In this document: piece by piece, positions 47,420 to 59,093 of the stretch
How positions within the stretch are numbered: position 1 is the first letter of the stretch
How the letters are laid out: every line of letters begins with the position of its first letter
Assembly: GCA_051382295.1 (NCBI GenBank)
Contig: JBBCAW010000023.1
Coordinates: 1-64,000 of the forward strand
Direction: 5' to 3'
Source: Bdellovibrionota bacterium FG-1
GTDB lineage: Bacteria > Bdellovibrionota > UBA1018
Length of the DNA stretch: 64,000 nt
Translations under genes and position numbers: made by a program
The notes under the pieces: model-generated
What the model was told of the DNA's origin: nothing
What the model saw: the letters and a program-made list of their open reading frames with translations, nothing else
Databases searched by the model: none

Positions 47420-47877
47420 TTACCGATATTAATGGCTTCGAGAAACTCCACCACGAGATTACTGTTGGCCAAATGCTCAGCCAAAATAGCCGTGACATTG
47501 CGGTAGAGCTTAAACCCGATTTCATGATCTTTTTCGATGTGTTCAAGCAAATCTTGAGCCGGAATTCGCAAGACGCGGGATTCTTCCAGCGCCACGACTG
47601 CAGCCGAACGCTGACGCCCGGTAAAAATTCCCATCTCGCCCACAATACCATAAAGAGGCACCTTTGAAATCACGGTCTCGTGATTACGGACTTCAAGCTG
47701 CCCCTCAATGACAATAAAAAGAGCGTCGCTAGGCTCCCCTTCTTTGAAAAGCACCGCGTTTTCGAGCAAGGGCTTTTCGTGAGCCATGGCAAGAACCTGC
47801 TTGATCTCATCCTGGGAGAACTCTGCAAATAAACGTGAGGTTTTCAACTCCACGCCCAACTGATCGCGATCTTTCAT
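47416..47877 (-). CDS. Stand-alone cyclic-nucleotide-binding domain protein
   Basis: 'LFKEGEPSDALFIVIEGQLEV', 'VGEMGIF...RSAAVVA'. No HTH. Confidence 0.85.
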   Translation of the reverse strand: MKDRDQLGVELKTSRLFAEFSQDEIKQVLAMAHEKPLLENAVLFKEGEPSDALFIVIEGQLEVRNHETVISKVPLYGIVGEMGIFTGRQRSAAVVALEESRVLRIPAQDLLEHIEKDHEIGFKLYRNVTAILAEHLANSNLVVEFLEAINIGN

Positions 47878-47929
47878 AGGTAAAATGTGCCACGTTTTAC
47901 TCAGAACGTCAAACAACGCAAAAGCGGTG

Positions 47930-49321
<1,392 letters not shown>

Positions 49322-49390
49322 TCATCCCGTAAATGTTTCAGTTTCTTTTGGCCATATCATCGATACGCAGAAATGAACAGGGGCTCTCCG

Positions 49391-49852
49391 TTAATCATCC
49401 TTGGCCCCGTTTTGGATCCAACTCACAATCGCGGTTTTTTCATCCGCCGTAAGATTTTGATCGCTCAAATGGACATTATAGGGTGTACAGCCCGTCACGC
49501 CGGCAAAGTTATCCTTAAAATAATCCTGAATTAAAACGCCGGCCAAATAAGAAGACGCCACCTGCCCCGTAACGACCAGTTTGACGCTCGGGCATTTGCC
49601 CACCGAATCGATCGCGGCAACCGAGCCACTGGTCAATGTGGCATAAGCAAGGGCCTGAGTCGTAAAATCCAGCTGCACCCCTTTTGCCACCGTTGCCGCG
49701 CCCGTGGGGACATGACATTCGATGCAGGCGGTCTTGAACAGATGGCTATAAATACTCGAAAAATTCGCGGTAACGGGGTCGGGGGTAACCGACGCGACTT
49801 GACCGCAACTCATCATCAATAAAGCGAGGCCTAAAATTAAAAAAAGTTTCAT
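49391..49852 (-). CDS. Monoheme cytochrome c-like lipoprotein
   Basis: Lipobox-like 'MMSC', 'CIECH', terminal 'IVSWIQNGA'. Confidence 0.75.
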   Translation of the reverse strand: MKLFLILGLALLMMSCGQVASVTPDPVTANFSSIYSHLFKTACIECHVPTGAATVAKGVQLDFTTQALAYATLTSGSVAAIDSVGKCPSVKLVVTGQVASSYLAGVLIQDYFKDNFAGVTGCTPYNVHLSDQNLTADEKTAIVSWIQNGAKDD

Positions 49853-52800
49853 AGTTTCCTCGAAAATACGTCCCAAAGGGACTGAAGCTTGGTTTTTTGT
49901 TGTCCCAGAAAGGGCTGCAAGTCTTTTTGAGACTCATAAAGCTTGAGTGTTCTTGCAACGAGCGAGCGAATCCGATCTCGATCTAAATGCGCGTAAAGAT
50001 CCGGATAGCGCAGCCCCTGCTCAAGATACCCCGTGGCGGTGGCAAACACCGCGCGCGACAACCCTTGCCCATCCTGGGATAACTCATCGGCTAGGTCAAC
50101 GGCCTCCTTCATTTTCTGGACGCCCCGAGACCGATCCTGACCTGAATACAACTGAGCCATCTGCAAGCGTACCAAGATCATTAACACCGGCGCATCATCA
50201 AAAAGCCCCTTGCCTTGAGCTTCACTCAACAGCAGACTGCGCTTTTCCAAGGCGTCCAGGCGCTCCGAAACGCCTCCCATTTGCCCCAAAAAACCCAAGG
50301 CATCGAGCTTGAGCCGAACCGGATCGAAATCCACCACGCGATCCTGCCCCTTGGGGATCACCGACAGCTTGGAAGCCAACTCAAGACTCCTCGTCAACAC
50401 CTGTTTTGCTTCGATCTCCTTTTTGACCTTAAAAAGGCTATAGCCATAGCTCAAATAAGCCTTTGCTCGATTCAGGTCTCCGGTGAGCTGATTCGTTTTC
50501 AAAAGATCGCCATAAAGTGCAATTGCGCGGTCAAACTTCCCAGCGCTTTGAAGATAAAATGCACGTCGCTCCTGAAAAACCACGGATGAGTTCCCTAGCT
50601 CACCTAACTCCAAAGCCGCTTGCTCGGATTGATTACTGAAAAACAAGGATCGCGAATAAAACCAGGAAAACCGCGTTCGCTCATCTGGGCTGGTAAACCC
50701 CAAGACCTTGCGTTTAGCAAAAAACTTAGCCGCTAGCCCATGATTTTGAACTCGCTGGTGAAGCAGTCCCAAATCCATCAGGGCCGCCGCCTTGACACGG
50801 TCGTTATCCCTTCCTAGGTCATAGGCCAACATCAAATTGCGATGAGCACCCTCAAAAAGCGTGTGATCAAAGTCATATCCTGATCCTAACCGCAACAACT
50901 TATCCAAATAGCAATAACCCAACAGTAAATAGCGAATCGGAGAATCCCGATCCTGCACCATCGCATCCAACTTTTCGATCGCCTGATCCAGATGTTTGAC
51001 GTCCAAACGTCCGCTTGGACGCGCGTCCATCAAAATCAGCAGAGCCTCCACAAATTTAAAGTTATCATCCACAAATTGACGCTGTTTAAGATTGGCGTAA
51101 CGCTCATCGATCACCGCTCTTTGATTCTTTAAAATCATTGTCCGGATATAACCCTCGTGGGACTCCAGATCGTCAGTCAAACTCAGCGACCCATAAAAAT
51201 AATTACCCGCCAGAGCGTACTGCCCCTTCGCAAACGTATCATAAGCACGATCCAGTGTTGCATGAGTGTAGACCTCGCGGGCCTGCGTAAACTCCGTATC
51301 GTCGCTTTTGGTATACCGAATCCAGTCAGTGGCGACAAAATCCATAAAATTGAATTCAGCCCCCTCCGCGAAATTCAAGATGGCTCGCACATACATGGCC
51401 TTTCGCATAAAATAATCCGAACGACTGGCGGTCAGTACTCGATCAAGTTCAGGATAAACTCCGTTTTTGGCTTTTGGATCAGGCGCTTCCATGATCTTGA
51501 GAACCGCGATTTCGGCATTCAATAATGCGCGGACAGGCGTTCCCAGGGTGGCTGCATAGCCCGTGATCGCGTCGATCCGCTGTCGACGATCCCTAATACT
51601 GTCGTGCAAGTGCTGCAAAAACTGAAAGGTATAATAAATATGAGTTTCTTCCGAAAGCTCTGGCGCCACCATCATCTGGCGATATACCCCCGCTAACCCT
51701 TGCTGATCGCCCACCTTAGAAAGGGCCCAGGAGGCCAACTCAAAATAGTAGTTCCGCTCCAAAGGATGCCCAGGCGATTGAAAATCAATTGCCTTCAAGA
51801 AAACCAAGCTCTGCTGAGTTTGGTTCACAAAAGATCGCAATAATCCTCGGAGAATTTTTTTAAACCGCGTTGGACCTTTGCTTTGTTCCATTTTTTGATC
51901 AATCGCCAAGATCTCTCTTTGAAATACCACGCTGATGTCTTGATCTGAGGGCTGCATCTTCTTTTTGGCTAGGGCCTCAAGATAAAGCCGAAGTAAGCCG
52001 TAAAAACTTTTCTTTTCGGGATTCACGGCGTTCTGAACTTGAGTGAGAAAATAATCCGAGGCCGAGATATCCCCGGCTAATAAATGATCACTCAGCAAGC
52101 GCTCTTCCAGTAACTGAGGGTCCTGTTTGGCGCTTCGGAACTTAAGTGTATTGAGGATCAAAATCCGCTCTTGATAAGTTCGACTCGTCTGATGGGCATT
52201 AGCCAGGATCTTTTCGTCCCACTGAGCCGGCACCACCCCGGTCACCGGAAGCTGATACACATCGAGTGCGCCCTCAAAGGCGCAAGTCACATAAAGCTGG
52301 TCACCAAACGGCCGCGGGAGGCTGCAATTATTTTCAACTGAAGTCAGCTGCTCGGGGAAAAGCTCGTCATGAGGCTTTGCACTCAATACTTTTTCGATGG
52401 CAATACGAAAAACCACGCTATTATCGTTGCCATCGATCACATTGTCATTATTGGTGTCATTGAGATAATGACTAAAAAATAAAAACTTTTCATCATCAGA
52501 TACTGCGGGAAAACCAGAAATCCCCGGCAAATCAAAACGAAGGATTTGGCGACTCTTCGTCCGAATGTTTTGCAGAACCAGAACTCGGGTGTCTCCACCC
52601 CCTGCCTCACGGGTGAGCTCATTATAAAAGAGGTACTGTCCCCCCGCCTTCATCCCGGGAGACCAGATTTTGCCCTCGGCCAGGACTTCCTGCGCGCCAG
52701 TCTCAATATTTTGCACCACGATTTGTGAAACCGCTGAGCGCATATCTCGAACGAGATAACCGAGCTCCCGGGCGCTTTTCCAAAACGGAGAGGACCGCTC

Positions 52801-53232
52801 GCGCGCATCCGACCGAAGACAGGTCATTTTTTCGTCCACCTTGCCTTCCAAGGGTCGATAGCAAATATCACCCCGTGCATTAAATTTGTAATAAGTGAAG
52901 GCCAACAGCCCTTCGGGACTGATCGCGGCCTCTTGCGAGTCGGCATTCAACGGCAAGAGATCTTCAACCACGCCAGAAGTAAGATTTTGCCGACAAAGAT
53001 GAGGGACGAGATCGGATTTACGCGTAAAAACTAGCGCCGCTCCACCAGGCGCAACCACGCCATGGTATTGGTCATCCGGACCGATCGTAATTTTTTTCAA
53101 GGCGATCAAATGATTGCCAGCGGCTTTCCGTTGCGCAGTAATCGTGTCAGCCCCGGCCACCGATCCGAAACCAATAGCACCGAAGATGAGGACGCCTAAA
53201 AGAAGATAACTTGAATTGAACAGCCTACGCAT
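49849..53232 (-). CDS. Large exported protein: TolB-like (PD40) beta-propeller plus helical TPR-like region
   Basis: Signal peptide, 'AISPEG.LAF', 'PAVSDDEKFLFFS', 'DTNNDNVIDGND', TPR-like 'AKAYLSYG'. Confidence 0.75.
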   Translation of the reverse strand: MRRLFNSSYLLLGVLIFGAIGFGSVAGADTITAQRKAAGNHLIALKKITIGPDDQYHGVVAPGGAALVFTRKSDLVPHLCRQNLTSGVVEDLLPLNADSQEAAISPEGLLAFTYYKFNARGDICYRPLEGKVDEKMTCLRSDARERSSPFWKSARELGYLVRDMRSAVSQIVVQNIETGAQEVLAEGKIWSPGMKAGGQYLFYNELTREAGGGDTRVLVLQNIRTKSRQILRFDLPGISGFPAVSDDEKFLFFSHYLNDTNNDNVIDGNDNSVVFRIAIEKVLSAKPHDELFPEQLTSVENNCSLPRPFGDQLYVTCAFEGALDVYQLPVTGVVPAQWDEKILANAHQTSRTYQERILILNTLKFRSAKQDPQLLEERLLSDHLLAGDISASDYFLTQVQNAVNPEKKSFYGLLRLYLEALAKKKMQPSDQDISVVFQREILAIDQKMEQSKGPTRFKKILRGLLRSFVNQTQQSLVFLKAIDFQSPGHPLERNYYFELASWALSKVGDQQGLAGVYRQMMVAPELSEETHIYYTFQFLQHLHDSIRDRRQRIDAITGYAATLGTPVRALLNAEIAVLKIMEAPDPKAKNGVYPELDRVLTASRSDYFMRKAMYVRAILNFAEGAEFNFMDFVATDWIRYTKSDDTEFTQAREVYTHATLDRAYDTFAKGQYALAGNYFYGSLSLTDDLESHEGYIRTMILKNQRAVIDERYANLKQRQFVDDNFKFVEALLILMDARPSGRLDVKHLDQAIEKLDAMVQDRDSPIRYLLLGYCYLDKLLRLGSGYDFDHTLFEGAHRNLMLAYDLGRDNDRVKAAALMDLGLLHQRVQNHGLAAKFFAKRKVLGFTSPDERTRFSWFYSRSLFFSNQSEQAALELGELGNSSVVFQERRAFYLQSAGKFDRAIALYGDLLKTNQLTGDLNRAKAYLSYGYSLFKVKKEIEAKQVLTRSLELASKLSVIPKGQDRVVDFDPVRLKLDALGFLGQMGGVSERLDALEKRSLLLSEAQGKGLFDDAPVLMILVRLQMAQLYSGQDRSRGVQKMKEAVDLADELSQDGQGLSRAVFATATGYLEQGLRYPDLYAHLDRDRIRSLVARTLKLYESQKDLQPFLGQQKTKLQSLWDVFSRKL

Positions 53233-53247
53233 TCAGGACTCCTCCGC

Positions 53248-53514
53248 TTAATGAGTGACGGATTCGCCGTTTAAAACCTGATAGAGTCTTTTTTTTCGGG
53301 CATTCATCTCAGTTTTCTGAAAGGCCACCGGCCCCGACTCCTTGGACTTTTCGAGCGCTTCCTTTTCAAACTCGGGCCATTCGCCCGCCGCCTCTTCTTC
53401 CATAATGGTATGACGATCATTCAGGTAAATCTTGGGCGCACATGAAACTAAAGCGATCATGATGATCGGCCCAACCGCCGTAATCACAACGTTACGCAGA
53501 AAAAAATAACTCAT
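53248..53514 (-). CDS. Small lipoprotein (YnbE/DUF1318-like position)
   Basis: Lipobox 'LVSC' followed by 'APKIYLNDRHTIMEEEAAG'. ATGA-coupled to the AsmA-like gene. Confidence 0.65.
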   Translation of the reverse strand: MSYFFLRNVVITAVGPIIMIALVSCAPKIYLNDRHTIMEEEAAGEWPEFEKEALEKSKESGPVAFQKTEMNARKKRLYQVLNGESVTH

Positions 53515-56351
53515 TTTAGGGGAACCTCCTCAGTTTTCTTGACAAAATCCGCAGTTGCCGATGAAACAAAACCAGACAAGGGGATGCCGCGCACCTCAAC
53601 CCCTTTTGAAATACCTAGCACGGCCAACTCGACACTCATATCCATATAACCTTTTTGAAAGGCCAAGGCCACGAAGGTCGGATAGCCCACTCCCAAAGCG
53701 GAGCGCAGCGTGTTCATTTTTTCGTTTTCGTATTTTGGATCCAACACATTAATCAAAGTAATCAACTGTGCGCCGCCAATCTCGGTGATATCCAGGCGCC
53801 CGTCCACGCTTTGTTGATTCAAATTGAACACCAGCCCAGAACGAAGGCTCACATTCTTAACCCCTTTCGGAGCTCGAACCAAGTACTTCTGAGGCAAGAT
53901 CTCTTGAAGATTGAGAGAAGTCAGGCGCGAAAGAAAGCCGAGCTGCAAATTGGCCGGCAACACATCGAAGTACATTTCGCCATACGCACGACCACTGGTG
54001 CCAAGGCTCAGATCAAAACGATGGGCAAAAATCATGTTTTGCCGAATTGAAAAATAACCGGTCAGCGGGCCATAGGTCTTTTCTTCAAAACCAATTTCTT
54101 CAGCGCGCACCTGGCTCACCCCCTCGATGAGGGGTCGAAGCCGCTCATAATCCACTCGTTCAAAGGGGTTTTGCGTGATTAAATAGGCAAATTTGATGCC
54201 TTTACCGTCCCAAAGCAGCTTTTCTTGAACAGGCACGCTGCCTGAAATTCCGCTGATGCGTTGGTTAACCGTAGCAAAACCTAAATCCCGAAGATTCAGA
54301 TCGCCTTCAAAGTTGATTTCACGACCCTGGAGAACCGAAAGAGTCCATGGAAACTCGATGCGGCCCCGAATTTTTTTCCCCTCAATCTCTGGAAAATCCT
54401 TCGGAACTTGAAAGACAAAACTTCCTTGAGTCTGAAGATCCTTCAGCTGAACTCGGCCGGTCGCATGAGCAGAAACCTGGATCATGCCGTGATTAAAATC
54501 CCCGGAAAACTTTTCGAGCGTCAAGCGCTCACCATCCCGCACGCTCGCCTTCATGGCCAATTGAAGCCCCCCCAGCGAAGAAACGTGCGAAGCACGCGTC
54601 GTGACTTCTTTCGCTAAGGTGATCGCCCCTTGAGTCCATTCAAATGAAACATCCAGATCTTTCGCCAATTCGATCTGCGGCGAGTGTACCGAAGCCTTGA
54701 GATGGCAATCCGCGACCTTTGCGATTTTCGAGACTTCTAAGGAGGGAAGATCTGCCGCTAGATCGGCCTCCAAGCGACCATGATCCAACTGCACTTGATG
54801 CGTGAAGGTCAGCGGCGCCAAGGTGACCGATGAAACCAAAGAACCGGGTGAACTGGATGAAACCACCGTTGTTCCATGGGTACTGAGATTTTGATTCGCA
54901 GTCTTTAGATCAAACTGGGACTTGACCTGCCACTTCCCGATCTTGGGATTTTGGAGGTCCACGGTTGCGTTAACGGCCGCCTGGCTCTGTGCAAAATCCC
55001 AGTCCAAAGCAGCCGAAAGAGCCGCACTCGCCGGCGCGATTTCTTTCAATACGGCGGCTTGCGCTAAAATTCCGGCTAACCGAGGATCTAAACTCGGCTT
55101 GAGGTTACCTTCAAACCGCAACTTCGAGCCCATTTGAGCGCCAAAATCGAGGGCCAATAAATGAACTTGATTGAGCTCGACAGCGGCCTTGCCTTTGATC
55201 GAGCCCAGATCCTGAGGCAAACTCGCCATAGCCTTCACTTCTAATTGCGCGGGCTTCAAAAAAATTCCTTTTGAAACAAGGTGACTAATCGTCCAGTCCA
55301 AATTAAAATCGATATTTTTAGCCTGCGCTTGAGTCAGGGCCCCATCGATCGTCATTTTTTGCGAAACAAACTCGAGCCGCGTTTGTTTTACCCCCTGAAC
55401 TTGCTCGATCCGAGTTTTTCCGAGTTGCAGGGTATTTTTCAGCTCAAACGATTGAACCGATTGGGATTCGGCGCGCAAAACTTCTGCACTCCTTGCCAAT
55501 AGTTTGGCCTTCGAAACCCAGTGCATTCCCTCGACTTGGGCCCGTACCGAAGCACCCTGGCCCTCCTGGGTCAAAGAAAGTTTTTTCAAACCCCATTGAA
55601 ATTCAGAGGGCTGAACTTCATAGAACCATTGACCCTCTTGTTGATGGAGGCTGGCAACCCACTTGGCGTGAGCATAGGGAAAGGCCTCAACCTCAAGCCG
55701 GCCGGAGCCCTGTTTAGACATAAAACGGACCTGCGAGGAATCGCCCCACTCGACTGATCCAGTCGACAAAAAGCGACCTGCTTGCATCTCGAACGCAGTA
55801 TTCAGATTCAGGTGTTTGACCCGAGCCGTGACCTCAGATCCCTCATCGCGGTAGTTCAAATCGAGGCTGAGATCCTCGACCACGAACTCCTTGAGCGTTA
55901 CGCTCAAAGGGGGGTGAGCCAATAATTTTCGAACCCCTTCCATCCCCTCTGATTTTGGCCCCTCTGACTTTCCCCCACCTGTCTTTGCCACCGAAGTTTG
56001 AACCGTCGGATGACTGACCCGAACCCGATCGATTCGCAGCGACTTTGAAAAAAGTGCGAACGAATACCCCACCTCAATCGTTTTGACGAAAACGTCAATG
56101 GGTTGATGGGCCCCCTTCAACGAGTAGATATGCAAGTTTTCAAAATGGAAACCGGAGAAGATGGAGAACCGCCCCTCCTGATACTCCGTCTGAATACCCC
56201 ACTCATGAGCCAGTTTTTCACGGGCAAAACTCAAAATCCTCTTAGATCCCGAAGCACTCCCTAAGTAAAAACCTCCGGCAATCAATAAAAGCAGCGTGAT
56301 AGCAAGCACTCCCAAGAGTGCGCTCCCGGCAAATTTCAATCCTCGAATCAT
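53511..56351 (-). CDS. AsmA/TamB/YdbH-like inner-membrane-anchored beta-rich protein
   Basis: N-terminal TM, AsmA-like start 'SIFSGFHFENL...IEVGYS..LFSK.LRIDRVRV.HP', ~900 aa of amphipathic strands. Confidence 0.7.
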   Translation of the reverse strand: MIRGLKFAGSALLGVLAITLLLLIAGGFYLGSASGSKRILSFAREKLAHEWGIQTEYQEGRFSIFSGFHFENLHIYSLKGAHQPIDVFVKTIEVGYSFALFSKSLRIDRVRVSHPTVQTSVAKTGGGKSEGPKSEGMEGVRKLLAHPPLSVTLKEFVVEDLSLDLNYRDEGSEVTARVKHLNLNTAFEMQAGRFLSTGSVEWGDSSQVRFMSKQGSGRLEVEAFPYAHAKWVASLHQQEGQWFYEVQPSEFQWGLKKLSLTQEGQGASVRAQVEGMHWVSKAKLLARSAEVLRAESQSVQSFELKNTLQLGKTRIEQVQGVKQTRLEFVSQKMTIDGALTQAQAKNIDFNLDWTISHLVSKGIFLKPAQLEVKAMASLPQDLGSIKGKAAVELNQVHLLALDFGAQMGSKLRFEGNLKPSLDPRLAGILAQAAVLKEIAPASAALSAALDWDFAQSQAAVNATVDLQNPKIGKWQVKSQFDLKTANQNLSTHGTTVVSSSSPGSLVSSVTLAPLTFTHQVQLDHGRLEADLAADLPSLEVSKIAKVADCHLKASVHSPQIELAKDLDVSFEWTQGAITLAKEVTTRASHVSSLGGLQLAMKASVRDGERLTLEKFSGDFNHGMIQVSAHATGRVQLKDLQTQGSFVFQVPKDFPEIEGKKIRGRIEFPWTLSVLQGREINFEGDLNLRDLGFATVNQRISGISGSVPVQEKLLWDGKGIKFAYLITQNPFERVDYERLRPLIEGVSQVRAEEIGFEEKTYGPLTGYFSIRQNMIFAHRFDLSLGTSGRAYGEMYFDVLPANLQLGFLSRLTSLNLQEILPQKYLVRAPKGVKNVSLRSGLVFNLNQQSVDGRLDITEIGGAQLITLINVLDPKYENEKMNTLRSALGVGYPTFVALAFQKGYMDMSVELAVLGISKGVEVRGIPLSGFVSSATADFVKKTEEVPLK

Positions 56352-56483
56352 GGGTTAGTTTTACCCTCTGGTATTGAAGTCGTCGACGAGTCTTTTAATG
56401 ACTCGCTGCGCATCCAACAACAAAAAGAAACTCCCAGCGGTCCGCCCTTGTTTAGTTCTAAGGTTTCGATACAATTTCTTGAG

Positions 56484-57548
56484 ATGACCACATTAGAAAC
56501 CCCAGAAACCCCGGCTCCTGAAGTCCCGATTCACAACAGCGACGAATTTATTCAGCACTTTGCTATGGGTGCGATTAAAACCATCAAAGACCTCTGCAAC
56601 ACGGTCGCACGTTTTGAACGGGTCGATGAAGGGACTGATCGTACGAATGTCTCCCCCGAAATCGCCGGCATCATCGGTATTACCGGCAAGGCCTTTGAAG
56701 GGGCCATGAGCATCCTTTTTCCAAAATCGGTGTTTCTCCTCCTCATGAATCGCATGCTCGGCGAAAGTTACGCCGAGATTCCGCCAGAACTTGCCGATGG
56801 TGCGGCCGAACTTTCAAATATTATTTTTGGTCACGCCAAGGTCGGGCTCAACGCCGCAGGGCATGATATTCGAATGTCCCTTCCCACGGTGCTTCTAGGT
56901 ACTGACATCCAATCCCGCGCGCAGGCGATGAAAGATGCGGTCACGATCATTCTTGAAACTGAAGCCGGACTGATCGCCATTGAAATTGCGGGACGGGTCA
57001 AAAAACAAGAGGCGCCCGCTACCTTCAAAGCCGGGGGGACAAACTCGCAGGTTCCAAAATTGGACGCCTCGGTCATGCTGGAGTTTATTGAAGGCACGAG
57101 AAAAACCCTCAACACTCTTTGCAAAGCCATTCCGGTAGCGGAACGCCCTTTCATGAAGGACGGAACCAAAACCTATAATTTTGAAATTGGCGGAATGATT
57201 GGCGTTACTGGCGCGGCGTTTGGCGGTAATTTTTCGATTTGCTTTGAATTGGCTGTATTCATGAAGGTTTTGGAAGGCATGTTTGGCGAACCTGTCACCA
57301 AAATTGAACCAGGAATGGATGATGCGGCGGCCGAGATAGTCAACATGGTCTTCGGCGTAGTCAAGCAGGTGTTGAACGGAAAAGGCTATGCGCTCCAAAT
57401 GGCCATTCCGACGATCATCAGCGGAAAAGGACTCCAGTCGCTTTATCCCGCCCGAAAACCGCCGATTGTGATTCCTTTTCAACTCTATGACGGGCATTTT
57501 TGGGTGGAGTTCGCCTTTGACGAAGAAAAGGCGAATCGAAAGAAGTAG
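56484..57548 (+). CDS. Tandem double CheX-domain protein
   Basis: Two repeats of 'I.G.IG.TG.AF.G..SI.F...VF' and 'D.AAE..N..FG..K..LN..G'. Confidence 0.85.
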   Translation: MTTLETPETPAPEVPIHNSDEFIQHFAMGAIKTIKDLCNTVARFERVDEGTDRTNVSPEIAGIIGITGKAFEGAMSILFPKSVFLLLMNRMLGESYAEIPPELADGAAELSNIIFGHAKVGLNAAGHDIRMSLPTVLLGTDIQSRAQAMKDAVTIILETEAGLIAIEIAGRVKKQEAPATFKAGGTNSQVPKLDASVMLEFIEGTRKTLNTLCKAIPVAERPFMKDGTKTYNFEIGGMIGVTGAAFGGNFSICFELAVFMKVLEGMFGEPVTKIEPGMDDAAAEIVNMVFGVVKQVLNGKGYALQMAIPTIISGKGLQSLYPARKPPIVIPFQLYDGHFWVEFAFDEEKANRKK

Positions 57549-57573
57549 GAGCGCAGGGTTACCTCAAAAAGAC

Positions 57574-57630
57574 ACTATAGCAGTATATTGACATAGTATT
57601 AGATTAACTATAGCAGTATATTGATATAGT
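57574..57630. promoter_or_regulatory. Two 24-bp direct repeats, each an imperfect palindrome, upstream of the ATPase
   Basis: ACTATAGCAGTATATTGA(C/T)ATAGT at 57574-57597 and 57607-57630. The first contains TTGACA. Confidence 0.8.
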
Positions 57631-57653
57631 CAATCTTTTAACCAGGAGCACCC

Positions 57654-58916
57654 GTGTCACGCGATCTTATAGGCCCCCTCACTGACCAGCAAAAAGACCT
57701 CTCGGCAAGTCGTAAAATGTGGATTTCGCGCGATATTCATGCGGATTTTGAAAAGACCATGAACTCCTCCCTCATTAAAGTCATTATGGGAATTCGTCGG
57801 GCGGGAAAATCCACCCTCTGCACCCAGGTCGGCCCTGATTCGGCAATTGCTTATTGCAACTTTGACGATGAACGCTTGGCTGCAATTACCTCAGAAGACC
57901 TGAATGCGATTTATGAGACACTCCTCCAGATCAAACCGCAGGCCAAATTTTTTGTTTTTGATGAAATTCAGAACGTTGAACATTGGGAACTCTTTATCAA
58001 CCGTCTTAAACGCAAAGGTCTCAATATTTTGGTCACTGGAAGCAATGGAAAGCTTCTCAGCCTAGAGCTAGCCACCCATCTGACGGGTCGACAGCTGACC
58101 ATCGAACTCATGCCGTTTTCGTTTGGAGAATACCTTTGTTTTCAAGGCATCCCTTTGCCTGCAAGTCTCAGTCAGGTTTCGACCGAAGAGCGCGCCGAGA
58201 TCCTTCGGCATTTTCAATGGTACTTCGAAAATGGAGGCTTTCCAGAGGTGGTCAGCGGCGAACACCCCGGCCCTTATCTTCGTGAACTTTTCGACAAAAT
58301 AGTGAGTCGCGATATCGCGCAAAGGCACGAAATACGAACCCCTAGAATGATCAAACAGCTTGGATTGTTTCTCATCCAGCAGTCCGGCTCCCTCACTAGC
58401 CTCAAAAAAACGCTGGTTTCATTTCAATATCGCAGCGTCAACACGCTTCGAGCTCATATCTCCTACATACAGGACTCCTACCTCCTGTATGAAGTTTGTG
58501 CCTATTCCCACAAAATCCGAGAACGCTCGACCTCTCCCAAAAAAAATTACGCCTGCGATACGGGAATGATGGCAGCCCTCCACACCAAACCCACGCCAGA
58601 CTGGGGCATGCGCTTTGAGACTTTAGTTTTTTTACAGCTCCGACGCACTTACCCTGAGATCTTTTACGCAAAGGGCCCCGATTATGATGTCGACTTTGCG
58701 ATCACCCAAGACCGTAAAATTTCGCGACTCATCCAGGTTTGCTATGACCTCAACGCGCCAGAAACCTTGGAGCGTGAACTTCGTTCCCTCATTTGTGCAG
58801 CCAAAAAATTTCCCAACGCAAGATTACAGCTCATCACGCGCAACGACGAACGCATCATCGAACAAGAAGGGATTAAAATAGAAATCGTTCCTGGCTGGAA
58901 ATTTTGTCTCACCTAA
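57654..58916 (+). CDS. AAA+ ATPase, AAA_14/DUF4143 type
   Basis: AGGAG SD, 'GIRRAGKS', 'FDEIQ', 'TGSN', 'GGFPE', 'KNYACDTG', 'DVDF'. Confidence 0.9.
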   Translation: MSRDLIGPLTDQQKDLSASRKMWISRDIHADFEKTMNSSLIKVIMGIRRAGKSTLCTQVGPDSAIAYCNFDDERLAAITSEDLNAIYETLLQIKPQAKFFVFDEIQNVEHWELFINRLKRKGLNILVTGSNGKLLSLELATHLTGRQLTIELMPFSFGEYLCFQGIPLPASLSQVSTEERAEILRHFQWYFENGGFPEVVSGEHPGPYLRELFDKIVSRDIAQRHEIRTPRMIKQLGLFLIQQSGSLTSLKKTLVSFQYRSVNTLRAHISYIQDSYLLYEVCAYSHKIRERSTSPKKNYACDTGMMAALHTKPTPDWGMRFETLVFLQLRRTYPEIFYAKGPDYDVDFAITQDRKISRLIQVCYDLNAPETLERELRSLICAAKKFPNARLQLITRNDERIIEQEGIKIEIVPGWKFCLT

Positions 58917-59093
58917 CCCGAGTCAGCTGCCCCGGAAACTCCCGCGCGTTCTTCGAAGCCATGCCAACGATCCAAAAACTCTTCGTGGGGGACAAACCCA
59001 CCTTTTAAGCGGCGGCGGGGCCGGCCCAAGTGGCTTTGGCCGTGGACGGGTTGCAAACCATTTGCCAAAAACGGCCTCGAAAAACATTAACAC

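Noticed and set aside
58917..59010. Possible 3' gene remnant (AFFEAMPTIQKLFVGDKPTF*) after the third ATPase
   Set aside because: No matching copy in the window and too short to support.
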